From: an uncultured Desulfovibrio sp.
GTDB lineage: Bacteria; Desulfobacterota; Desulfovibrionia; Desulfovibrionales; Desulfovibrionaceae
Length of the DNA: 64,000 nt
Direction: 5' to 3'
Assembly: GCA_944327295.1 (NCBI GenBank)
Contig: CALVHF010000002.1
Span: 48,657 to 112,656 of the forward strand
Part shown: positions 40,540 to 48,775 of the stretch, piece after piece
Position numbering within the stretch: position 1 is the first letter of the stretch
How the letters are laid out: the number at the start of each line of letters is the position of its first letter
The notes under the pieces: generated by a model
Seen by the model: only the letters and a program-made list of their open reading frames with translations
What the model was told of the DNA's origin: nothing
The model's database searches: none
Made by a program: the position numbers and the translations under genes

Positions 40540-40591
40540 CCTTTCATGCTGAACAGGGCCAGTGTTCAGTCTGTCAGGGAGGAGGAAAATA

Positions 40592-41596
40592 TCAGGCAGG
40601 CCAGCCCGCGCTGCGCACCATGCTGCCATTGCCCAGCACAAGCATGCAGTCCACGCCCTTCAGGCCTGCACACAGATCGAGCACTGCACGCGGAGCCTGG
40701 ACGGAAAAGGCCGTTGCCAGGGCATCGGCGAGCATTCCATCCGGTGCCAGCACGCTGGCAGACACGATTTCCGGCCGGTTCAGGGTCCTTGGCACCACCA
40801 GATGGCTTCCGGACCCCTGACGCAGGCGCTGTTCATAGACGCCGGATGTGGCCAGGGCCCTGTTGCTCAGGGAAACAACCCCCTGCATCTGCGAGGCACT
40901 GTGCGGAGAACGTATGGCGACCCGCCAGGGATGACCGCCTTCGGCCTGTCCAGATGCCACAAGGTCGCCCCCGGCATTGACGAGGTGATTCGGACAGCCG
41001 AACTTCTTCAGGGAAAGACTCATCTGCTGGGCAATGTAGCCCTTGGCAATACCGTCCAAGGTCAGGGTCATGCCGTGTCCAAGACGGACAGCCCCCCCCA
41101 GCTGCACCCTGTCGTAATTGACCAGCCTGAGCAGGGCCGACAGTTCCCTGTGCGCAAGACGCTCGCCACGGGCATTACTCTCCTGCAGGGCCGAAAGCAG
41201 AGGCAGGATGCTCGGATCAAAGCTGCCCGCGGTGACCCTATGCACAAGGCGGCTTTTTTCAAGCAGCAGGGCAAGGTGTTCGGGCACATCCTGCAATGTT
41301 CCCTGGCTGTTCAGAATGCCCAGAGGGGAGGAGCTCTCAAAGCGGGTCAGTTCCGCCTCAAGCGTACGGGCCGCGGCAAAGGCCTCTGCTACGGCATCCT
41401 GGGCCTGAGCCTGTCCGCACCCCGTCACATCAATGCGCACAAAGGTGCCCATGAGCAAAGCCGTCTCCTGATAGCCCAGCCCAAGGCCTGAGGCCTGACA
41501 GGGACCGGCCGCAAGAACCGCAAGGCCCAGGGCGGCTCCTGCATTCAGGAAGTGACGTCTGGAACAGCGGGAGGCAACAAATTCTGATGCTGTCAT
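40592..41596 (-). CDS. apbE: FAD:protein FMN transferase ApbE (RnfF)
   Basis: Tat-like SRRHFL signal, LMGTFV, FDPSI, LDGIAKGY, NAGGD, ATSGVYE and ADALATA. Confidence 0.92.
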   Translation of the reverse strand: MTASEFVASRCSRRHFLNAGAALGLAVLAAGPCQASGLGLGYQETALLMGTFVRIDVTGCGQAQAQDAVAEAFAAARTLEAELTRFESSSPLGILNSQGTLQDVPEHLALLLEKSRLVHRVTAGSFDPSILPLLSALQESNARGERLAHRELSALLRLVNYDRVQLGGAVRLGHGMTLTLDGIAKGYIAQQMSLSLKKFGCPNHLVNAGGDLVASGQAEGGHPWRVAIRSPHSASQMQGVVSLSNRALATSGVYEQRLRQGSGSHLVVPRTLNRPEIVSASVLAPDGMLADALATAFSVQAPRAVLDLCAGLKGVDCMLVLGNGSMVRSAGWPA

Positions 41597-41608
41597 TCTT
41601 GTGCTCCT

Positions 41609-42478
41609 TTAGGCAACTGCCTGACTTTCCAGATCTGCAGCGGGCTTGCCGCACTGCTGCCCGCGCTGATGCAAAAGATCGATGGGACGCAAAATCTCGC
41701 GAGAGCATCCCTTCACACAGGCCATGTCGCATTCCTCGCCATAGGAAAGGCAGATCTTGTGCTCAATGTGAATCTTGCCGCCCTCCAGGCTGATGGCTTT
41801 GGCCGGACAACTGCGGACACACTTGGCACACTTGATACAGCCAATCTGGCAAATCTCCATCACGGCCTTGCCCTTGAGTCCTGTATTGCAAGGAATACAG
41901 ACACGGGCTCTCTTGGGAATGAGTTCCAGCACATTGCGCGGGCAGGCATGCACACAGCTGCCGCAGCCCGTGCAGCGCAGCACATCCACGCAGGCCAGAT
42001 TGCCGACAATGGTCATGGCTCCGAAGGGGCAGGCCTCCACACAGTCACCAAAGCCCAGGCAGGAATAGGCACAGGTATTGATGCCGCCGCGCAGGGGCGC
42101 TGCTGCCGCGCAAGAGGGAATGCCCTGATACTCGTAGCGCTGGGCCACCTGGCCGTGATAGACATCACAACGGCGCATGGCCACAAGGGGCTCTGCTTCT
42201 GCCACCTGCTTGCCGGTGAGCTCCGCCAGGGCAATGACACCTTCCTTGGAGGCCGCACAACACCTGTTGGGCGGCACGTCCGGATCCTTCACAACGGCCT
42301 TGGCATAGCCTTCGCAGCCGGCAAAGCCGCAGCCGCCGCAGTTTGCACCGGGCAGGATTTCCAGGGCTGCTTCAACCTTGGGATTTTCCTTGACAAAGAA
42401 GACCTTTGCCGCCACAGCCAGCAGGATGGAGGCCACAAGTCCCAGGCCAAACATGGCCAGTATTGATAAAACTACCAT
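41609..42478 (-). CDS. rnfB: Rnf complex subunit B
   Basis: N-terminal TM, LPGANCGGCGFAGC, and several ferredoxin motifs (CLGFGDCVEACP, CTGCGSCVHACP, CIKCAKCVRSCP). Confidence 0.95.
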   Translation of the reverse strand: MVVLSILAMFGLGLVASILLAVAAKVFFVKENPKVEAALEILPGANCGGCGFAGCEGYAKAVVKDPDVPPNRCCAASKEGVIALAELTGKQVAEAEPLVAMRRCDVYHGQVAQRYEYQGIPSCAAAAPLRGGINTCAYSCLGFGDCVEACPFGAMTIVGNLACVDVLRCTGCGSCVHACPRNVLELIPKRARVCIPCNTGLKGKAVMEICQIGCIKCAKCVRSCPAKAISLEGGKIHIEHKICLSYGEECDMACVKGCSREILRPIDLLHQRGQQCGKPAADLESQAVA

Positions 42479-42488
42479 GAGCCTCCTC

Positions 42489-43064
42489 CTATTGAGCCAT
42501 GCCCTTGAAGGCCATGAAGGCCAGGGACATGATGCCTGCCATGACCAGGGCTATGGGCGTTCCTGCCATGGACTTGGGCAGTCTGCAGGTATCTAGGCGT
42601 TCACGCACGCCGGCCATGAGCAGCAGGGCCAGGAAAAACCCCAGACTGTAGCCCAGGGCATTGAGCAGGCTTTCCACAAGTCCGTAGCCTTCGCGCTGCA
42701 CCAGAATGGTGACACCCATGACGGCACAGTTGGTGGTGATGAGCGGCAGATAGATGCCCAGGGCCGAATAGAGCGGCGGAACCATTTTCTTCAGAAACAT
42801 CTCCACAAACTGCACCAGGGCAGCAATGACCACGATGAAGACAATGGTTTGCAGATAGCCGAGATCAAAGGGATTGAGCACATAGTGCTGCATGAGCCAG
42901 GTAAAGAGCGTAGCCACCACTATGACAAAGACCACGGCGCCGCCCATACCTGCTGCCACACCTTTTTCTCGCGAACAGCCCAGATAGGGGCAGTTGCCCA
43001 GAAACTGCGCAAGCAGGATGTTGTTGACAAAGATAGTTGCGACAAAGATAGTCAGGATATCCAT
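42489..43064 (-). CDS. rnfA: Rnf complex subunit A
   Basis: NNILLAQFLGNCPYLG and IYLPLITTNCAVMG motifs. Confidence 0.95.
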   Translation of the reverse strand: MDILTIFVATIFVNNILLAQFLGNCPYLGCSREKGVAAGMGGAVVFVIVVATLFTWLMQHYVLNPFDLGYLQTIVFIVVIAALVQFVEMFLKKMVPPLYSALGIYLPLITTNCAVMGVTILVQREGYGLVESLLNALGYSLGFFLALLLMAGVRERLDTCRLPKSMAGTPIALVMAGIMSLAFMAFKGMAQ

Positions 43065-43067
43065 AGC

Positions 43068-43757
43068 TTAGCTCTCCTTGTCGTTCTTGCGGGCTGCTGC
43101 GCAGGCCGCACAGGCACCACCGCAGACCTGGCAGCCGATGCTCACAAATTCCGAACCCTTGCGGCGGTTCTGCCAGCGTGCCAGCCAGTTCATGCCTCCC
43201 AGGATGAGGCCAAGGCAGATAAAGGCGCCTGGAGCCTGCACCATGATCTTGAAGGGTTCAAAGCTGTCTCCGAAGAGCTGCATGCCGAACCAGGTGCCAT
43301 TGCCCAGGATCTCGCGCAGGGATCCCAAGAAGGTCAGGGCTATAGTATAGCCAAGCCCTATGCCTAGGGCATCTGCTATGGAATCGGGCACATTGTGCTT
43401 GGCCGCAAAGGCTTCGGCACGGCCCAGAATGATGCAGTTCACGACGATCAGGGGCACGAAGATGCCCAGCTGCTCGTAGAGGGAGTAGACATAGGCCTGC
43501 ATGAGCAGTTCCAGAGCCACGACAAGGGACGCGGCTATGACAATGAAGCAGGCGATACGCACTGTCTTGGGGATATATTTGCGCAGGGCCGAGACCAGCA
43601 TGTTGGAGAGCGTCAGCACGAAGATGACGGCAGCCCCCATGCCGAGTCCGTTTTCTGCAGAGGTAGTCACAGCCAGTGTCGGACAAAGACCAAGCAGCAG
43701 ACGGAACGGCGGCATTTCCTGCCACAGGCCCTTGGTGAATTCTTTAATGACAGCCAT
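43068..43757 (-). CDS. rnfE: Rnf complex subunit E
   Basis: LGLCPTLAVT, RIACFIVIAA and FVPLIVVNCIILGRAEAFA motifs. Confidence 0.95.
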   Translation of the reverse strand: MAVIKEFTKGLWQEMPPFRLLLGLCPTLAVTTSAENGLGMGAAVIFVLTLSNMLVSALRKYIPKTVRIACFIVIAASLVVALELLMQAYVYSLYEQLGIFVPLIVVNCIILGRAEAFAAKHNVPDSIADALGIGLGYTIALTFLGSLREILGNGTWFGMQLFGDSFEPFKIMVQAPGAFICLGLILGGMNWLARWQNRRKGSEFVSIGCQVCGGACAACAAARKNDKES

Positions 43758-43766
43758 AGAGCACTC

Positions 43767-44345
43767 CTACTGGTTCCATTGCTTGACGATCTGGGGCTTG
43801 AGTTCCTTGTAGACGCTGTTTGCCTTATTGACCGCCTCGATAACGCCGTCGCTGGAGATGGTCGCTCCGGACACGGCATCTATTTTTCCTCCCCGAGAGG
43901 ACAGGGCCACCGGAGGAGCGGCATCGCGGAACTGTTCGCTGAAGGCCGGTTCGCGCACCCTCATGCCAAGGCCTGGCGTTTCCTTGAGCGTTGTCATGCC
44001 GACCCCTGCCAGGCTGTCATTGCTGACATTGAACCCAATGATGACGCCCACGGCACCACCATAGCCCTTGCCAAAGTTTTCCATGGCCACACCCGTGAGC
44101 CTGTTTCCCACAAGACAGGGGAAGACGACCACCTTTTCGCCATTTTCCCTGGTAAAGACATGCCTGTCTGCCACGGGATTGTTTTCGGCCTTGTTGAACA
44201 CGGAGGCGATGGCAGGCCCCTGAACATTAATCAGCAGCTGTTCTTCAATGGTGGGTGCTGTCACATTTTTCAGATAGGACAGGACAAAGCCCGAAAAACT
44301 GCACAAAACGGTCAGCACCACGACTGTTCTTACCATGCTACCCAT
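43767..44345 (-). CDS. rnfG: Rnf complex subunit G
   Basis: N-terminal TM, GKGYGG, ETPGLG and the FMN-attachment DAVSGATISS motif. Confidence 0.94.
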   Translation of the reverse strand: MGSMVRTVVVLTVLCSFSGFVLSYLKNVTAPTIEEQLLINVQGPAIASVFNKAENNPVADRHVFTRENGEKVVVFPCLVGNRLTGVAMENFGKGYGGAVGVIIGFNVSNDSLAGVGMTTLKETPGLGMRVREPAFSEQFRDAAPPVALSSRGGKIDAVSGATISSDGVIEAVNKANSVYKELKPQIVKQWNQ

Positions 44346-44346
44346 A

Positions 44347-45300
44347 TTAGCGTACTCCGAACGGCTTGGGCCGCACTAAATCAAAGTACGGCGTAAGAAG
44401 AGATGCGACCAGGATGGCAAAGGGTGCACCGTCTGTATAACTGCCATAGGAGCGTATCAAAAACACAAGAATGCCGCAGGTCAGTCCATACAGAATCATG
44501 GCCAGGGAATGTGTCGGAGCGATATTGGATTCTGTGGCTATGAAGAAGGCGCACAGAACGACAGAGCCTGTAAAGAGATGGAAGGTGGGCGTGATGGTGG
44601 CTGTTTCAGCAAGGCTGTGCACAAAGGCAAAGGGAATGAGCACGCCGGCAAGCATGCCGAGGACAATCTGCCAGCGGATGACGCCACGAAAGAGCAGATA
44701 CACGCCACCGACCAGAAGACCGCCTATCTGGCCTGCGCCCAGAGCGGCTATCTGGCGGCCGAGCAGAAGGTCGACCAGGGAAATTTCCTGGGCTCTGGCA
44801 ACCCCGAGATATTTGAGGACTGCCAGGGGATCCTCGTAGTCCGAGGCAAGCTGCATCACATTGGGATCCATGAACAGCGGAAAGGAGACAAAGAGAATAG
44901 CCCAGCCAATGAGCGGAGTCGACACGGGATTGTCCCCAAGGCCGCCAAAGAGCATCTTGCCAAAGAGCATGGCACAGGCAGCCCCGATCACTACAAGCCA
45001 CCAGGGGGCCGCTGCGGGCAGCAGGAAGGCAAAGAGCACACCGGTCACCACTGCCGAAAAGTCATGAACGGTCTGACGACGGTGCATAATTGCACAGCAC
45101 ACCACCTCGACAAGGACACAGACCACCACGGAGAGGGCCACCACGCGCAGCGCCGGCAGTCCCCAGTTGATCAGTGCCATGACCATGGCAGGTGCCAGGG
45201 CCAGAAGCTGATCCATGCTCCTTTTGCAGACTGTTCTGCCGCAGTGCCAGTACGGCGGAGCACTCATGGCAAAAAGCAGAGAATTTGTATGTGCACTCAT
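44347..45300 (-). CDS. rnfD: Rnf complex subunit D
   Basis: SAPPYWH, DFSAVVTG, KMLFGGLGDNP, and multiple TM helices. Start MSAHT at 45300. Confidence 0.92.
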   Translation of the reverse strand: MSAHTNSLLFAMSAPPYWHCGRTVCKRSMDQLLALAPAMVMALINWGLPALRVVALSVVVCVLVEVVCCAIMHRRQTVHDFSAVVTGVLFAFLLPAAAPWWLVVIGAACAMLFGKMLFGGLGDNPVSTPLIGWAILFVSFPLFMDPNVMQLASDYEDPLAVLKYLGVARAQEISLVDLLLGRQIAALGAGQIGGLLVGGVYLLFRGVIRWQIVLGMLAGVLIPFAFVHSLAETATITPTFHLFTGSVVLCAFFIATESNIAPTHSLAMILYGLTCGILVFLIRSYGSYTDGAPFAILVASLLTPYFDLVRPKPFGVR

Positions 45301-46553
45301 GATCTGGCCTCTCCTGTAGTCGTCGCTTCTTCCTGGGCGTACAATCCTTCGGTTTTCAGCACGCTGATGCCAAGCTTGGCCTTGGCCAAGCGTATGTACT
45401 GCAACACCGGTCGTCTGGCGATGCAGACATAGCCGCACAAGCCGCACTCAAGACAGCTTGAGATGTATTGTTCCAGGCAGCGCTTGTGCAGACCAAATTC
45501 CGCATAGCGGCTCAGCATGTCCGGCCGCAGGCGTGCCGGGCATATGGCCACACAGGATCCACAGGAAACACAGGGGCTATGGCCGATCATGGGAGCAACG
45601 CTGCCCTTTTCCACCAGAAAGAGGCCTGTGGCACCCTTGGTGATGCTGCGATCCTGCTTGTCAACGCTTTCGCCGCGCAGTGGGCCACCGCGCACAATAG
45701 TATCGCCGGCACTGAGGGTCACCCTTGCAAACTTGAGGAGTTCGCCCACGGTACTGCCGTCGCGCACGATGTAGTTGCCGGTAAAGCTCAGGCTGCCGAT
45801 GGTGATCACCGTCTCTATGAGAGGTTTTCTGGTCATGGCCACATGGCCGAGACTCCAGACATTGTGCAGGCCCACTATGCCGATACCGTCCGGGCGCTCC
45901 CTGCCCGTCACGGCTTTGACCACCAGGGCGTTCACACTGGCCGGATAGCGGGACGGGACAGGAACAACCTCAAAATCGTGCACCTTGATTTTCAGTTCTT
46001 CGGGCACGGCCAGAATGATGCGCTGTGCCCTGGAAAGCCGTCGCAGCATGGTGAGGCCGGCAGCAAGCGTCCTTGTATGCGTCAGCAGCATGGGTTCTGC
46101 CCAGGTGACGCCGGGATCCGGGTTCTGGCAGTTGACGATAAGGGTCTCGCACTCCTGGCCGAGTGACTTTGTATTCAGGCCCATGGCCTTGAGCACAGGG
46201 ACAAGCGCTTCGCCCCGTTCCTCGCAGGCCAGGATGTCTGTCATGGGTTCTGCCTCGCAGGCAGCCTTCATCTCCTCGGTGGGCTCCATATGTCTGACAA
46301 AGACACTGCGTTCGGTAATGTCGGTGATTTCCCCGTACATGGGTGCAAAAAGGTCGCCCTTTCCTGCAAAGGGATGGGTGGCAAGATGCATGTAGGGATG
46401 CACCAGAGTCTTTTTCTTTATGCCCGCATCAATGCTAAAACCTTCTCTGTTCAGGCGAACATACGTGGGCTCCGGCCCCTGTCCAAAACGCTCGCGCACA
46501 TTGCTTACGAGATGGAAACGGGGATCTGTCAGCATGGTAAACAGTTCTTTCAT
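45297..46553 (-). CDS. rnfC: Rnf complex subunit C (divergent)
   Basis: Operon position, SLBB region with GGPLRG, and two [4Fe-4S] motifs (CVSCGSCVAICP, CLECGLCGYVC). Start 46553 or 46535. Confidence 0.85.
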   Translation of the reverse strand: MKELFTMLTDPRFHLVSNVRERFGQGPEPTYVRLNREGFSIDAGIKKKTLVHPYMHLATHPFAGKGDLFAPMYGEITDITERSVFVRHMEPTEEMKAACEAEPMTDILACEERGEALVPVLKAMGLNTKSLGQECETLIVNCQNPDPGVTWAEPMLLTHTRTLAAGLTMLRRLSRAQRIILAVPEELKIKVHDFEVVPVPSRYPASVNALVVKAVTGRERPDGIGIVGLHNVWSLGHVAMTRKPLIETVITIGSLSFTGNYIVRDGSTVGELLKFARVTLSAGDTIVRGGPLRGESVDKQDRSITKGATGLFLVEKGSVAPMIGHSPCVSCGSCVAICPARLRPDMLSRYAEFGLHKRCLEQYISSCLECGLCGYVCIARRPVLQYIRLAKAKLGISVLKTEGLYAQEEATTTGEARS

Positions 46554-46603
46554 ATGCTTTGCATGTCCGGCAGCTGCAGGACACACCCTCCTTCTCGAGC
46601 TTG

Positions 46604-47398
46604 TTACTTCATGTGGCACTGAGCGCAGTCCTGCTGCGTCCGGGGACCTGCATTTCTGACAGTATGGCATCCCATGCAGGAAGCGTGATGGGCCTGCATT
46701 CTGCTGGGGATCAGCTTGTCAATCTTCTGTGCATGGCAGGCCGAGCAGGTCTGGGTCTCCATGTTCTTGTGAAGGCGTTCTCCGGGCTCGACAGAAGCAG
46801 GAGCCTTGTCAAAGTGGCACTGCACGCAGCCGCGGGCCTTCCTGGCAAGCCATTCCTCGTGGCAGGAGCTGCACTTGCTGTGCACGGCATCCGCCAGACT
46901 CGGAGGTTCCCCTTCCGTAAAACTGGTCCTGGACGGAGCCCTGCCCGCCTCATGGCAGTCTGCACAATTGGACGGAGTCTCTTCTATGGACGTATCGGCA
47001 TGATGGCACGAGGTACAGTCCAGACCGAGGCTTTCACTGTGCATGGCGTGTCCCCAGTCCTGGCTGCCCGGTACATAGTGATGGCAGACAATACAGGATT
47101 CTTCGGAGAAGTTTGCAGCATGCTCGGCTACAAAGGTTTCATTCACAGTGATGCCGTGGCATTGATTGCAGGCCATGGGCTTTTCTGCACCGTACACAAG
47201 CTCATGATGACAGGTCTGGCAGGATTCGGCCCATTTCTCATGCTTGCCATGCTCGAAGACCACAGGGCCACCTGTGTTCATCATGGCAATTCTCCTGGGA
47301 ACAGCTTCATCAGTTTCGGGAAGCAAATAGCCGACAAGTGCCAGTATGGCTAAGAGAGCAGTCACGAGTACAATGGGGATAAAACGTTTACTGAGCAC
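46604..47398 (-). CDS. dhcA: Decaheme cytochrome c DhcA
   Basis: Ten CxxCH motifs counted (CQTCH, CNQCH, CIVCH, CTSCH, CADCH, CSSCH, CVQCH, CSACH, CMGCH, CAQCH) after an N-terminal hydrophobic anchor. GTG start inferred. Confidence 0.9.
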   Translation of the reverse strand: MLSKRFIPIVLVTALLAILALVGYLLPETDEAVPRRIAMMNTGGPVVFEHGKHEKWAESCQTCHHELVYGAEKPMACNQCHGITVNETFVAEHAANFSEESCIVCHHYVPGSQDWGHAMHSESLGLDCTSCHHADTSIEETPSNCADCHEAGRAPSRTSFTEGEPPSLADAVHSKCSSCHEEWLARKARGCVQCHFDKAPASVEPGERLHKNMETQTCSACHAQKIDKLIPSRMQAHHASCMGCHTVRNAGPRTQQDCAQCHMK

Positions 47399-47542
47399 CC
47401 TACAACACCCCCGCAAAGAAAGAATTTTTCACAGATCTCGACCTCTTTAGGAGGCTATTTATCATCCCCTAACACAGTTTTTAGTTATATGAAAGGGGAA
47501 AACAATCATTTTGTTAAAAAATTTCCATATTATTTTTTCTTA

Positions 47543-47560
47543 TTGTGAAAAAAATAACAG
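47543..47560. promoter_or_regulatory. Candidate Rex operator upstream of dhcA-rnf
   Basis: TTGTGAA-AAAA-ATAACAG matches 11 of 14 positions of TTGTGAA-N4-TTCACAA. Confidence 0.5.
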
Positions 47561-48120
47561 TTAAACAACAAAACAAAAAAACTGATTATTCAATCAATCA
47601 GTATTTTACAAAAAAATTGCTTCCTTTTTTATGTAAAGACAAATACTTTGTTCTCTGCTCATCATGTTCATTATATATGTAGTTTTCTGCTATTTTGTAA
47701 AAAACATATGAACTTTTACAGATATATACATTTTTTACAACACATTTTAAAAATGAACTCAGATACTCACTTTGCGTATCAGAAAAAAAATGAACAAGAT
47801 GAATTTTTTAAATTCAATATCTTAACATAACAAAAGAAAAAAATTGTCTCGGCACAACAGAAAACTGTCTTGTGACAAAAAAAACTGTTTCATGATAGTA
47901 ATACATGCTCCACGGCAGGAGCATTTTCAGAAAAAGTACCTTTGTACACGCAAGTACAGCGTTTTCGCTCCTGTACACCCTTCCCTTGAACCTGTTTTCT
48001 TGCTATTAGTGCTCATTACTACTTGCCTCTTTGCAAGGGAGCAGATACACTCGCTTTCCCCCAAAAATTTTTTTGCTCCTGTCCATCCACAGGGTATCCC
48101 TCTAGTCCATGAGGTAGCGC

Positions 48121-48540
48121 ATGGCTCGCACTACAAAGAAAAACTCCTGTATGTACGCCTTCATCGCCCTGCTGTTTCTCGGCGGTGTGGGCTATCTCAT
48201 TTTCTCCGGCCTGAGCGAGAACAGCACCTACTTCCTCGATGTCGCCGAAGCCAAGGTGCAGGAACAAAGCAAGCTTGGAAACATCCGCCTCTTTGGAACT
48301 GTTCAAAGCGGCACCATAGTGCCGCCCAGTGAGGGGCTTGGTGTCAGCTTCAACCTTGAGGATCAGCACGACAAGACCCAGACCATGCATGTGCGCTATA
48401 CCGGCATTGTTCCGGATACCTTCAAGGATGGCGCGGAAGTCATTGTGGAAGGGGGGGTCCAGCCCGATGGAACCTTCTCGGCAAAGGTGCTCATGACCAA
48501 GTGCCCCTCCAAGTACCAGAAGGAAAACCGCACCAGCTGA
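48121..48540 (+). CDS. ccmE: Cytochrome c maturation heme chaperone CcmE (CxxxY type)
   Basis: TM anchor, IRLFGTV, YTGIVPDTFKDGAEVIVEG and KVLMTKCPSKY. Confidence 0.93.
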   Translation: MARTTKKNSCMYAFIALLFLGGVGYLIFSGLSENSTYFLDVAEAKVQEQSKLGNIRLFGTVQSGTIVPPSEGLGVSFNLEDQHDKTQTMHVRYTGIVPDTFKDGAEVIVEGGVQPDGTFSAKVLMTKCPSKYQKENRTS

Positions 48541-48775
48541 CCAGAGGTGCAATGCAGAGAAACCTGTCAGGCACATGAAGGTTTCTCTGTCTCTTTTCTG
48601 TCTGTCTCGGGACTCATTCCGTCCGTCCAGCTCCTGCAGATCCGCAAAAAGAGGATCCGTGTCACAGATCTTTTCTCTGAAGATCCCTTAACATGGATTG
48701 CATTTCCTGCTTTTCCCTTTCGGGAATCAACAGGAATTTTGTTCGGATCTCTAAGGTTCACCAAGGTTTGCCTCC

